Made by a program: the position numbers and the translations under genes. The notes under the pieces are model-generated. The model had not been told where the DNA came from. It made no database searches and saw only the letters and a program-made list of their open reading frames with translations. DNA of 59,545 nucleotides, counting the filler, from Dugesia japonica (taxonomy: Eukaryota), in NCBI GenBank assembly GCA_001938525.1. It is 5 parts of 5 records of this genome, joined end to end, with 100 filler letters (N's around TTAATTAATTAA, not from the genome) between each part and the next. Parts side by side here need not be neighbours in the genome. Positions count along the whole stretch, not along the records: positions 9,435 to 21,847 come from MQRL01647538.1; positions 21,948 to 35,696 come from MQRL01645470.1; 3 more parts are not named here. One strand, written 5' to 3'. Position 1 is the stretch's first letter; every line of letters begins with the position of its first letter. This document shows positions 12,526 to 25,657 of this stretch, one piece after another.

Positions 12526-13169
12526 TTAATAATGTTAATAATGGTTATATAGTGTAATTTTCATTTCTTTTAACTTGTTTTTGAAGATCTCTTTCAGATC
12601 TTATTAGTTTTTATTATATCTAACCAAATATTTTCAAACAATAATAATGTATTTTATTAAATAGAAATAAATCATGTTTCTAATTGTAATCACATTATAG
12701 TCATTAACTTTATAAAGTCTTGTAAATTTCATTTGATTACCAATATTTTCTGTAATTATTTCTGTAAGAAAATACTTGATTGTACAACCGATTTTTTTGA
12801 AATTTCAGCTTTGAGCTTCTTAAAAATTATTAAAAATTTTAAATAATTTTAACTTTAAATACTAAATAAAAGTTCGATTTTTTTAAAATGAAAAATGTTT
12901 GAAATATATTAGTAAACGCTTTGCAAACAAAAATCTAATATCTTTAATAAAAAAATCAATATAATATAGTACAAAAATTCATTTTCGAGAAAATTTTCTG
13001 AAAATATTTTTAAAAATAATAATTAATAATTTATTTTATGTAATAAAAATTATCTTTGTTTCGTTTAAAATATCAACTTATATTATTTTGTAGCGCTATC
13101 TTAAAATATCACTCTTTGACTGACAATTTGTTTTTTGAATTGAACTAAAATTAAGAAATAAATTGAAAA

Positions 13170-13863
13170 ATGAACATAAAAAACTGGTTTAGTAGTTATA
13201 AGAATCAAGTTATTAAAATTATTGATCTTGAAGATGTAAAATCAAAATCAGATCCTTTTGAACAACCATATAAATCACAATATGGAGCTCGCGATTTATT
13301 ACAAAGTTGTATTTTTGATCTTGTTGGCTTGATGAATGCAGATGAATATGATTTAAATTATTTGTTGTATTTCATTTATATTAATTTATCTTATCGCTTG
13401 GCAAATAACTTTATTTCCACTGAAGAAAGATATTCAGGTCCCTTCTATTTTATGTTATTTTTTTAAAGAAAAATTTGATTTTAGGTGAAGAAGTTATATT
13501 TAGATTGTGCCAGAAAATTGGACCTTTAATTTAAATTCAACAAAATGAGATTGTAAATTATTTGCAAATTTTTTATTTTGATTTTAAAAATACATCAAAA
13601 TTTACTTTTGAATTCCTTTCATTGTATTTAAGTAATGCAAATTTAAAAAAACATGAAAGATTGAGTGATTTATCGAACAATTGTATTTTAGTACAGAATT
13701 TAGAAGCCATATAAAATTTTTCTTAACTTATTATTGATAAAGTTGGTTTTTATTATAAGCAAAATATTTTTAGCTTTGTTTTTTGTTAATTTATATAAAA
13801 ATTCTTTATTTAATGCATCACAATTGTTCTCAGATTCAGATTCCTTTATTTCTTACTTTATTA
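13170..13863 (+). pseudogene. KIFBP: KIF-binding protein (KBP) homolog, 5' part, apparently disrupted
   Basis: Exon 1 (13170-13437) has PYKSQYGARDLL and NFISTEERYSG. A GT-AG intron (13438-13484) joins it to GEE, matching KBP PYKSKYSARALL and NHIDTEELSAGEE. Exon 2 has in-frame TAAs and a frame change, and a MITE is inserted at 13864. Confidence 0.7.
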
Positions 13864-14296
13864 TGGATCATCTATTAAGGACGTCCCATAAGAAGAGGGG
13901 GGTCTCAAAATGGACATATAAGGACAAAATGGAGGGGCTAAGTGCTTAAGAGATGCACCTTCACTTACGATTTATTAAAATCCACTTTAAAATTTAGAAC
14001 ATCATTTACTTTGCCATATAGATGTGCAAGAAAATCTATTTTTCATAAATTCCTTTTTAATATTTCAGTAATATTTTATGTTAGATTAGATTTATGTAAT
14101 ACCTAAGATCCTTGTTATTTTAATACTATTTTATCAGTTCTCTTAGTATTATTTGAAAATTAATAAATTAGGTGTTTTAAATTTTTCTGAAAATAATGGA
14201 TGTCCCCAGAGGAAGGTGGGCAATTGAAAAGGGGTAAAGTGAAGGAGGGGTAACAAATTGCTTATTTTTTGCAAACGTACATTATTGGATACTCCA
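13864..14296. mobile_element. PIF/Harbinger-type MITE
   Basis: Imperfect TIRs tggatcatctattaaggacgt / acgtacattattggatactcca, TTA TSD on both sides, G-rich subterminal blocks. Confidence 0.7.
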
Positions 14297-14464
14297 TTAC
14301 TTGTCATATTTATTTCACCATGAATTGTTGAAGTCGAATTATCTTTTTCGAAACAATCTACTTTTTCATCGAGAAACGTCATTTAATGTTTTGCAATTAG
14401 GATAGAATTTCTTTAAAATATCTGTAGCATTATTTAAAACAGATTTCGATATATTTTAACACTT

Positions 14465-14798
14465 GGCACGTCAAAATCGCACACGATACAACTTCACGGA
14501 AATAACAGCGCAGAGCAATAACATATCGCGTAACATTAACAGTGCTTTACAATAAAAGCGCAATTACATTTATTTTACAATCAAAAAATGAAATCTAAAA
14601 CAATTTACAAACATTGAAATTAAACTAAATGTTTGTTAAGTTCGTTTAAAAAATTTAAATTTTACACAATGTTTATAAAACCCAAATTGTCACTCAATTT
14701 CATTAAAAGTCGAAAATGGAATGATTTACTAGTTTTCATCGTGTGCTTTTTTAACCGCGCGGTTTTCGCGTGCGACCATTTTTACACATAGCAAGAGG
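14465..14798 (+). mobile_element. MITE-like dispersed repeat (MULE-like); inverted second copy at ~21038-21330
   Basis: About 300 bp alignable in reverse complement with 21038-21330 (e.g. ggaaataacagcgcagagcaata and atgatttactagttttcatcg). Confidence 0.75.
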
Positions 14799-14859
14799 AT
14801 ATTTAATTATGGCTATTATAGTATGAGTTTTTATTTGATTTTACGTTTATTATTGAAAA

Positions 14860-16730
14860 ATGATGATAAAATAATGATAAATTAATAATATATTATAGAT
14901 ATATTAATGATAAGTTTATGATCAATTAATGATAAATAATTGGTAAATTAATGATAAATTAATGATAAATTAATGAAAAATAATGATAAATTAATGATAT
15001 ATTAATGATAAATTTATGACAAATTAATGGTAAATAATTAATAAATTAATGATTAATAATTGGTAAATTATTTATAAATTAATGATAAATCAATAAATTA
15101 ATTAATTAAATTAATTAATTAATTGATAAATTAATGAAAAAATTATTGATATAATAATAGTAAATTAATGGTAAATTAATTATAAATTATTGATAAATTA
15201 ATGATAAATTAAAGGTAAATAATTGATAAATTAATGGTAATTTAATGATAAATAAATGATAAATCAATTGTTAATTAATGATAAATTAATGATAAATTAA
15301 TAATAAATTATAGATATATTAATGATAAGTTTTTGATAAGTTAATGATAAATTAATGGTAAATTAATTATAAATAATTNNNNNNNNNNNNNNNNNNNNNN
15401 NNTAAATTAATGATAAATAAATGATAAAATAATGATAAATAATTGATAAATATTTGGTAAATAATTGATAAACTAATGGTAAATTAATAATAAATTAATG
15501 ATTAGTAATTGGTAAATTAATTAAAAATTAATAAAAAATTACTGATGAATTAATGATAATATAATGAAAAATAATGATAAATTAATGGTAAATCAATTGT
15601 AAATTAACTATAAATTAAAGAAAAATTAATGATATTATAATGATAAATTAATCATAATTTAATGATATATTAATTNNNNNNNNNNNNNNNNNNNNNNNNN
15701 NNNNNNNNNNNNNNNNNNNNNNNNNATTATAAATTATTGATAAATAAATGATAAATTAATGAAAAATTAATGATATAATAATGATAAATAATTCATAAAT
15801 TAATGATAATTTAATGATAAATAATTGTTAAATTTATGATAAATTAATGATAAATAAATGATAAATTAATTACAAATTAACGGTAATTACAATGTTAATT
15901 ATTGATAAATTAATGATAAATTAATGGTAATTTAATAATAAATTAATCATAAATTTATGATAAATTAATGTTTAAATAAATATAAATAATCGATTAATTA
16001 ATGATCAATTAATNNNNNNNNNNNNNNNNNNNNNNNNNNNNNNNNNNNNNNNNNNNNNNNNNNNNNNNNNNNNNNNNNNNNNNNNNNNNNNNNNNNNNNN
16101 NNNNNNNNNNNNNNNNNNNNNNNNNNNNNNNNNNNNNNNNNNNNNNNNNNNNNNNNNNNNNNNNNNNNNNNNNNNNNNNNNNNNNNNNNNNNNNNNNTGA
16201 TAAATTAATGATAAATTAATGATAAATTAATGATAAATTAATGATAAATTAATGATAAATTAATGATAAATAAATGATAAATTAATGATATAGTAAGGAT
16301 AATTTAATTATAAATAATTGGTAATATAATTATAAATTAATGATTAATATTTGGTAAATTATTATAAATTAATGATAAATTTATGATAAATTATTGATAA
16401 ATTAATGATATATTAATGATAAAAATTATGATATAGTAATGATAAATTAATGATAAATTAATGGTAAATTAATATTAAATTAATGATTAATAATTGGTAA
16501 ATTTTTTATAAATTAATTATAAATTAATGATAAATTATTGATAAATTAATGATAAATTATTGGTAAATTAATGATAAATTAATGATAAATTATTGATATA
16601 ATAATGGTTAATTAATGATAAATTAATGATAAAGTAAATATAAATTAATGATAAAGTAAATATAAATTAATTATAAAATAAATATAAATTAATTATAATT
16701 TAATGATAATTTAATGATAAATTAATGATA
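14860..16730. repeat. Minisatellite, 11-bp unit TGATAAATTAA
   Basis: Well over 100 imperfect tandem copies, with a perfect run at ~16198-16270; interrupted by N gaps. Confidence 0.95.
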
Positions 16731-18229
16731 NNNNNNNNNNNNNNNNNNNNNNNNNNNNNNNNNNNNNNNNNNNNNNNNNNNNNNNNNNNNNNNNNNNNNN
16801 NNNNNNNNNNNNNNNNNNNNNNNNNNNNNNNNNNNNNNNNNNNNNNNNNNNNNNNNNNNNNNNNNNNNNNNNNNNNNNNNNNNNNNNNNNNNNNNNNNNN
16901 NNNNNNNNNNNNNNNNNNNNNNNNNNNNNNNNNNNNNNNNNNNNTAATTTTATTCATTTTCATAATGCACAAAAAATAATAAATTGAAGAGAAAAATAAA
17001 TATCTATTTTCACATTATGGCCCCAGCTAAACACAAAATTTTATTTAAATAATAATTTCTCAAGAACGGGATTAGTAATGATTTCAATAAGAAAATCAAA
17101 AATCTAACAAATTCTTCTTTATGAATATTGAAAAACANAATTTTTAGAAATTTGATTGAAATTTCTCGATATATTGGTTGATCAAATAAATATATATAAA
17201 AAGTTAACGAACAAGCTTTCTGAAAGAAATTTTTTATAACTTAATAAATTATTTTTTTGAAATTAATCTCTTAAAAATCAATATCCAGATAAAATATGGC
17301 AAATAGATTGAGTAAAATTGAGTAAATTGAATTAATCATTTCATTAATACTACTAACAGATACCATAAAATAATACCACTGAATTAAATGGAACCACTCA
17401 TCAAATAGTACCACCCAATTTTTCTGGTAGCGGTGAAAATTTTGGAGATTGTATAAATTAAACAATTATGGAATTTTTCTGAAAAGATGTCGATCGCAAA
17501 ATTTGTGTGCACTATACGAAAGATTTGTGTGTTTATCGACGGTTTAATTTCAGATAACTCCAATAGTATTTAAATAAGGTCATCAGTGTAATGATATCAA
17601 TGAACTATTTAATTATAAATTGAACATTGTATTTCACAATGAATTATTATTTATAATCACACATTTATTGAATATATAGAAGGTGGAGTATTATTATCTA
17701 GAGTCAAACACATTTTGCTAGTTGAGATAAGCTGAAACATCATGATCAATCGATATTTCAAATTGTTATTATGAAATAAAAATAAGATTAAGAAACAGTT
17801 ATCATCAAAGAAGCAAACAATAGAAACTGAAAGACAGCATCCGGTTATATTGAAAGGATGCTATTAATTGAGATTCTTGATCTAAGAACTAATCAAATTA
17901 AAGTTATACAACGATTTATTTCAGATTATGATGCTAGTATTACAAATAAATTTATTACACTCTGAGGATAGATTACTTGGGAAGCAGTGTCAATTAAACC
18001 GTATGAAACGAACATTAACCATTTCTTTCAACATAAAATTAAAGTAAGATACCATGAAAAACATAAAATAACAGTCTAATTATAAAATGAAAAATATACA
18101 AGGTAATTCATTTTAGAGAAACAAAAATATAGGATCCGTAAAAATTTTAACAAAACATTTATTTACTGTCTATTAATCACCAACTACATTGTTTCTTACT
18201 GATTGTTATGATATCTCTTTTTGGTTCTA

Positions 18230-19205
18230 AAGTCGACAAATTGTGAGTAATATGAGATGGGTGAAACTAGATTATTAAATCCGTATTCATTCGAATTTTG
18301 GTTAAGTCATACTCATATCTAGTTAAGCATTTATTAATATGTAACTTGAACTGGAAGGTTTGTTCAAAATTCGGATCATTTTGTTAAAAAGATATCATAC
18401 AATTTTCTTCCTTATTCATGTCCAACACGCTTGACTTTTGGTAAGATCATAACGAGTTCAAACAGCTCTTTCTCAAGATCATTAACACAATAATTTGTTT
18501 CATCAATAATGTTAATTAAATTATATTCATATAATTATTAGTCAGCCATTAGTTTTACGAAATCAGCTAAATTCTCCAAAAATTCTTAATCCATTTCATT
18601 ATTATTAAAATACAAATCAAAAGACATAATAAACTAGATATTTATTGAAACTAAACTAAACTAAATTCCTAATAAAAAAAACCTTCTTAATTAAACTCCA
18701 TAAAGATTTGGTTTTCTTCAAGTAATTTAAGTATCTGATTAGATATATCCTTTTCGTCTTTAGCTATTTCAGTTGACACATTCAAGTTTGGCATCTCTAT
18801 GAGACAGTTTTTGACAGAATCTTTAATTGTCTTGGAAAAGAAGCTTTTATTGTCTGTTACTGCAGTTATGCCGACAGCCATTATGTTTGTCTTAAATAAT
18901 AAATACAAACATAATAAATTCAAAAAACATAATTAAATACTTACATATACCAATTTAAAATTAATAATTCTGAATACAAATTCAATAATTTCTTTCTTAT
19001 CGAGTTTCTTTGAGATTATTTTATAAACATATATAATGAAAGGTGTTTTGTTTAGTTCTTTTAGTGGCTTTTCTGGCAAATCGAAATTTACTTTACACTC
19101 TTTCCCCAATATATTGTGGACAGCTGGATTGTTGGTGTCTTGTGTAAAAGTATTCATGATGTATTTTTGGAGATTCAATTCGGAAATAATTTGAATTGGT
19201 ATCAT
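18230..19205 (-). pseudogene. Multi-exon gene remnant of unknown product
   Basis: ORF 19205-18945 splices in phase 0 through a 54-nt GT-AG intron (18944-18891) into ORF 18890-18687. Coding-like sequence continues downstream with several in-frame TAAs. Confidence 0.4.
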
Positions 19206-20451
19206 ATTTTTAAAAATGAATAATACAAAGATCTTTTAATTATATAAGGTTTGCAGTCAATGATTTCATTAAATTTCATTGGCTGCATGTGAAGAAAAAA
19301 TAATAATTGTTTCGTGTTGCATACAAATTTTCAATTTAAAATGAGCAATCCTCCATTTTGCATATTGAAGGATTGTTATTGCTACGAACACTGTAAATTA
19401 AAATGATTTGTTTAAATAATCAGTATGGATGCTCTTTGTAAAATTGTTTTAAGATAAATTCACATTTCTTACATTTTACTATTTCATTATCGACTGATTT
19501 AAATAATGTGACCATACTGAATTTGAATCTCCATATCTTTGTTTAAATATATGATGGTGCAGGATATTTTGACGGTATTTTATGAACATTATATATAGTG
19601 TCTGTAACGTCATTTTGAAAATGTATTATGTCATGCATAAAATATTATGCAATAATTTAAATTACACAAATTAGTCATCTACTTCATAATCGACCGGAAA
19701 TCTAATTTTCTTTAAATTAAGTGAAATTAATTCATTTTTTTTGTTTAAATCTAGTAAAATTAATGACTTTTGTTTAAATTTACTTGAATTAATGATTTTT
19801 AAAAGGAAATTCGGGGGGAAAGCTCATTTTGTTAAAATTTTTCAAAAGGTTAGTCAAATTTTTCAACAGTTTTTCTTACACGAATCGACTCAGAATGACC
19901 TCGTGATCGTTTTTAGCAATAAATTTTTTTTCGACAAAATAAAAACTATATCAAATTTGATCATCAACCAATCTATTCGATATTTATCTACCTCTCAAAT
20001 GAATATTGGTATCAAATATGATATTGTAGTGGAGATAATAATTGATGAAAATTAGTTTGTTATTTGAAGTAATATTTCTGTAATTAATCTAATTTGCTAA
20101 TAAATATACTGGTACAATAAAGAATCTTTTGTTTTTCAAAGTTAATTTATAAATTTTCAATATGACGCTACAAACAGTGTACATTAAAATGATTTGTTTG
20201 AAACCTCATGAATATTTTAGAACATTTATTATACTATAAAAGTAAAATCAATTTTAGAATTTTTTATTAAACTCCAGAAAATTCCGGGAATTACAGAATC
20301 AGAAATAGATCGGGATCTCGGAATTACATTTTCTACTCGTGACTGTCTAGTCAATAATCATTGAATTCTAGAGCATAATTATAATGTTTTCATGAAGCAC
20401 GGTTATTTATTTTATTTTATTCTTGTTTTCCCCAAATATTGTTAGTGACAA

Positions 20452-20761
20452 TTAAAACAATTGAAATATTGTAATGAAACTGGTAATTATTTGGCTATTT
20501 TCTGTTTTATCGTTGTTTTCCGATAAATCATTAAATTCTATTTGTGCAACCATTTTATCAATAGATTCTTCTAATATCGCTTCAGTAGTTTTGTTTTTTA
20601 TTTCCGATTCAATTGCTTGATGTTCATTTAACTTATAATTCTTATCTTCAGTTGAAATATTTTTTGACTTATTCTTTTCAGCTTCTCTTTTAACATTGTT
20701 CATTTGGTCTTCTGTTTCTTGTGGACCTGGAGTTGGTCGACAAACCGCTTCTTTAAGAACC
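20452..20761 (-). CDS. Orphan, probably terminal, exon of an unknown gene
   Basis: Acceptor ttttttcaag precedes a stop-free frame VLKEAVCRPTPGPQETEDQMNNVK...FQLF* of about 100 codons. Confidence 0.4.
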
Positions 20762-21619
20762 CTTGAAAAAAATAATTACTTTAAAAAGTGTTTATATTAG
20801 TTTTTATAAGCACCTAGTTACGAAAATGGTATTAACATAATAACACAGGTGTCAATTGTTCGTTCTACTACTGGAGTACGGAACTAACTTCACATAAAAA
20901 TCAGCCGAATTCAGATTGTTTGGAAAGAAAATCAAAGAAGTACTAATTAGAAATTTTACTTAACAAAAATGATTCCAGTCAATAATAAAGATAAAATCAA
21001 ATAAAAAATCATATTAAAATAGCCATAATTAAATATCCGCGTGCTATGTGTCAAAATGATCACAAGTGAAAACAGCGCGCTAAAAACAGCAAACGATGAA
21101 AACTAGTAAATCATTTCCTTTTCGACAATTTGGGTTTTATAAACATTGTGTAAAATTTAAATTTTTTAAATGAACATAACAAACATTATTTTCAATTTCA
21201 ATGTTTTTAAATTTTTTTAGATTTCATTTTTTTATTGTAATATCGCGATTATTACTTTGCGCTTTTATTGAAACGCACTGTTAATGTTACACGATATGAT
21301 ATTGCTCTGCGCTGTTATTTCCGCGAGGTTATATATTAGACAAATAATTATATTAATATACCTAAAACAACTTAAAATAAACTTAGCATAAAATTATGAC
21401 GTTCTCAGTAAAACAAAAAATAAAGAAAATAAAAAAATACTGCACAGAAATATTAAATAAAATGAAAAAGAATAATAGTAAATATGAAAAAAAAAGAATT
21501 AAAAAGATTATAAAACAAAAATAATGCTGCAAAACTATTTGAATATTTTTAATATTTCTCACGGTATTTTATGAACATTAAATATAGTGTTTGTAACGTC
21601 ATTTTGAAAATGTGTAAAT

Positions 21620-21847
21620 CAATTTTCAAAATTTAGACTCTAATTTTTCATTATTTTCCATTATTATTCTAACCAAAATTTCATCCATAATTTTAGGTTT
21701 TCAATATTTCTTAGATATTTAAAATTTTTTTTCTGAATTTATTTTCAATACTATTTGAATATTTTTAATAATTTATAAATTTGCATAATGATGTAGATGG
21801 AGTATCAGAAGCATTGACAATAGGTCTTCCTTTCATTGTTGTTTTAT
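21620..21847 (-). mobile_element. Penelope-like reverse transcriptase fragment
   Basis: KTTMKGRPIVNASDTPSTSLCKFI matches the Penelope RT motif PKIHK...RPIVS..SPTY.LAKYL. Truncated by the gap. Confidence 0.7.
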
Positions 21848-22762
21848 NNNNNNNNNNNNNNNNNNNNNNNNNNNNNNNNNNNNNNNNNNNNTTAATTAAT
21901 TAANNNNNNNNNNNNNNNNNNNNNNNNNNNNNNNNNNNNNNNNNNNNTAATTGATTGAGTTAATGATCAGAAAATAATATTTGATAGTCAGATTGATGGG
22001 ATTGTTATAATCGGATTGATGGGATTGTTGAAGATTGTTGGCTGATCTTCTAGGGATCTGCTCGAGGTTATGATGATCTGATTGAGGATGTTATGATGTT
22101 ATGCGTGTCATGTTTTATTGGTGGGCTCAATCCCAACAAAATTAAATATTTTTTAACAAGTAAATTTTAAGTAATTTTTATTTAAAAGTAACAAGTTTTA
22201 TTGAAATCTTTATACAAAACTTATAAGTAAATATTTTTATGACTGTATAGGGTTTATGAGTGTATTACTTGCATAATTACGGTATATTGTGTCAAAGAAG
22301 GGAGTCTTTGTATATTTTATTATAAAATAACCCATAGATATTTACATGATAAAATATATATAATTTCAAAATAACCAAAGAGGTAAGTCCATGGATATTA
22401 CATGATAAAATATTTATTCAAAATAACCAAAGAGGGAATTTCATGGATATTTACATGTTTTATTATAGAAAATAATCCAAATTAAGCAAAGAGTGATGTC
22501 TGTTGATATTTGCATGATATTTACATGATAAAATATATAGAGGAGAAAATTTTATATTGATTTATGATGTACATTAGTTTATCATATTTTTAAGTTTAAA
22601 ATGATTATTAGATTATATAAACCCTATATAAGATAAAATTACTGTATACCTACGTTATAAGATTAAATAAATCTCCATAGAAGCAGTATAAATATAATAA
22701 ACCCTAATCTAATAAATCTAATAATTTTTTAATATAATTTTTATTATTTTGAATAACTTTTA

Positions 22763-23940
22763 CCGGTAATTATAATAAGTCATTTGGTATAATTTTTAAT
22801 AATGAATTTCTTTGGTATAATTTCTAATAATGAATTTTTTGGTAAAATTTTTAATACTGAACTTTTTTGATATAATTTTAAATGAATTTTTCTGGTATAA
22901 TTTTTAATAAAATTTTTTTGGTATAATTTTCATTTGTGTCAGAGCTTGATCAGGAAGAAGTAGTGTTGATCTCAAAAGTGATTTGGATAATAATATTAAT
23001 TAATAAAAAATAATAAAATAATTACTAAAAATAGAAATAAATTAATTTCCTCCTGGAAATAATTTAGTGCTGCGTTGTTATTTTGAAATTTTGTCTGACA
23101 TTTGGTGATATTGATTAATTTGAGAAATTATTGAATTTTCTACAGAGGAAATTATTTATATTTAAATTTAAAAAACACATCCTCTCAAATCTAATTCGAC
23201 AATATAATGCTCGGGTAGCCTTCCCTCATACCCTAAATTAATCATTACTATTATTTCAACATAAAAAAGTAGGTAGATGTGAGTGCATGGCTACAGGACG
23301 AGTTATCGTGCACCCCCATCCCCAATCACAGATCTATTTATTTATTGTCGATTTGATTGATTTTTTATCTGATTGATTTTTCACTTTTTTATTTGGTTTA
23401 TCCTCACCTCTTCTCTCAACGACTGGTTTGTGCATTGGCTAGAGTAAGCCTGTGGCAAGCAATTTCTTTTTGGAGACTATCAAACAAATACCAAATACCG
23501 GAATGAATACAATGGAATAAAGAATTGAGCAATTTATGGAAGCCCTCAGAACATTTTGTAATCTTAGGAGATCCTTCCGCCGCTGTATCGTGATGATTCC
23601 GAACTCTGATTGAAAACGGAGGATCTCTGTCTGCTGCACCTTCAATCTATGTTGAGAAAACGTAGATCAGTACATCATTATAATAATTTTTATCAGGAAA
23701 TGTAATTGCCAACTGATCAAAAATGTTCCTAACATCATCGATTGGAACAAACGCTGAAGCTGCCAAGAACTTCAAATTCAATCTAATGTCGATGTTAATT
23801 TCAAAATCACTCTTGAGACCCATACTACTTCCTGATCAAGCTCTGACACAAATGAAAATCATACCAAAAAATTCATTATTAAAAATTATACCAAAAAATT
23901 TCATTAAAAATTATACCAAATGACTTATTATAATTATTGA
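22763..23940 (-). mobile_element. MULE (Mutator-like) deletion derivative(s) with inverted ends
   Basis: Minus strand ~23380-23860 encodes the MULE C-terminal part: FHLCQS..LKFLAASAFVPIDDV..GSPKITKCSEGFHKLLN..HSGIWYLFDSLQKE. 22763-22987 and 23803-23940 are inverted repeats with ~26-bp subterminal tandems. Confidence 0.85.
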
Positions 23941-24099
23941 TATTTACACTAGATAAAACAGTTACATCCTCTTTTTGCAAAATTGAAACTGTTTTGTCTA
24001 ATATAATGCTTATTGTACAAATTTTGAGCCTNNNNNNNNNNNNNNNNNNNNNNNNNNNNNNNNNNNNNNNNTACAGTGCTCTTTAGTTTTACGTTAGCT

Positions 24100-24860
24100 C
24101 AATTAATTCAGATATAAAAGGTATTTTAATTTTATCTACAGTTACAGTCTATTTTTGGTAAAATTTAGAAGTTCAAGTCAAATAAAGCAATATTTAGAAT
24201 CAAGAATTCAGAAAAACAACATAATCGAAATAGGAAAAGTTCAACAACCGATTAATTTTTATAACTGAAATGCCCGTCAAAGTCATCAAGCGTTTTCAGA
24301 GAAGCTTTGCGATGATCAATAAATTGTTCGCTATAATCGAAATTTTTTATCTCAAATTTTTGCCCATCCAGAAGATGGGAAAATAGAAAAAAGTGGAAAA
24401 TTTCCCAGATTTTAATATGTTATGGAGGGTGCCAACATCAAAAAACATTAAATTAGGAAATTTTCAAAGATTTCTCATCTGATAAAATTTAAAATGTTAA
24501 GATAGGAATGTAGCAAGAACATAATGACCGAAATGCATAGGAAAGAGATAATTAATAAAATTTCCTAAATTTAATGAAATTTTCCAAACAAAAAATGTTA
24601 AAGAACAAAATAATTTGAATCGGATGATTACTCGGACTACTTAAAAATAATGAAGGGGTGATACAGCCTCTTAAAAATACAAAATTTTTCGCAAAATACC
24701 GAATTCTATGAATCATTTACAATTAATCGAAGACTAATCAAAGATATTATAAGAAAAATAATAGAATNAAAAGTTTTAAGAATAACAAAAATTCATTTTT
24801 GCAAGAAAGAAAATACTTAGATATATGAAGAGAATATTGTATAGAAGAGACCAATTACGA
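24100..24860 (+). mobile_element. Highly degenerate Penelope-like RT-thumb/GIY-YIG remnant
   Basis: Weak resemblance to the IGMTTR.LK motif near 24619 and to the thumb region upstream; many frameshifts. Confidence 0.3.
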
Positions 24861-25252
24861 ACGATGTCTAAACCAAGCTCAAAAATAAGTGTAACAGACA
24901 GGCAGAACAATAAATACCCACGAACAAATAAATAAAATTAACAATTTGAAGTTATTGATAGTTACAATCATGCGTTGAACAAGAAGCAGACGATGTGAAG
25001 CAATGATATTGAGATGGAAATATCTCTATCAAGAGTGTAGATAAGAAAACCAGTAGCAAAGACGATAATTTGTTAAAACTATTAAGCCAACTAATGTAGT
25101 GGGTTAAAATAAAAGAAGTTAATAAATATAGTGATGGAAAGTCTACTATTTTGAGAAGATTCAGAATGGTTTCAGAACACTACAGGGTTGCATCCAAACA
25201 GAAGACCAGAATGTGACGACTTCTAAATTAGTGGTGGCATTTTATTACTTCT

Positions 25253-25657
25253 AATAGATTGATAGCTTTTTCTTGATTCTGTGGGTGGTGGTGCATGGTC
25301 GTTCTTAGTTGGTAGAGCGATTTGTCAGGTTAATTCCGATAACGAACGAGACTCTAACTTGCTAAATAGTGTAATTATTTTAACTCGTAAATAATCACTT
25401 CGTAGACGAATAAATAGTGTCTAGNNNNNNNNNNNNNNNNNNNNNNNNNNNNNNNNNNNNNNNNNNNNNNNNNNNNNNNNNNNNNNNNNNNNNNNACTAG
25501 AAATAGTTGGGCAATCTTGTGAAACACTGTCGTAAAAGGGATTGCGAATTATAATTATTTCACATGAACGAGGAATTTCTAGTAAACGCAAGTCACTAGC
25601 TTGCGCTGATTACATCCCTGTCTTTTGTACGCACTGCCCGCCGCTACTACCGATGAA
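25253..25657 (+). pseudogene. 18S rRNA gene fragment (3' half), degenerate
   Basis: Contains universal 18S blocks with substitutions: ttcttgattctgtgggtggtggtgcatgg, taattccgataacgaacgagac, gaacgaggaatt, and ttgtacgcactgcccgccgctactaccgat (consensus TTGTACACACCGCCCGTCGCTACTACCGAT). Both flanks are non-rDNA. Confidence 0.95.

Noticed and set aside
13485-19205. Frequent in-frame TAA in coding-like regions, suggesting stop-codon reassignment
   Set aside because: The same regions also have frameshifts and TGA/TAG stops, while the SLC6 exons are stop-free and end in TAA. Mutational decay toward AT explains it.
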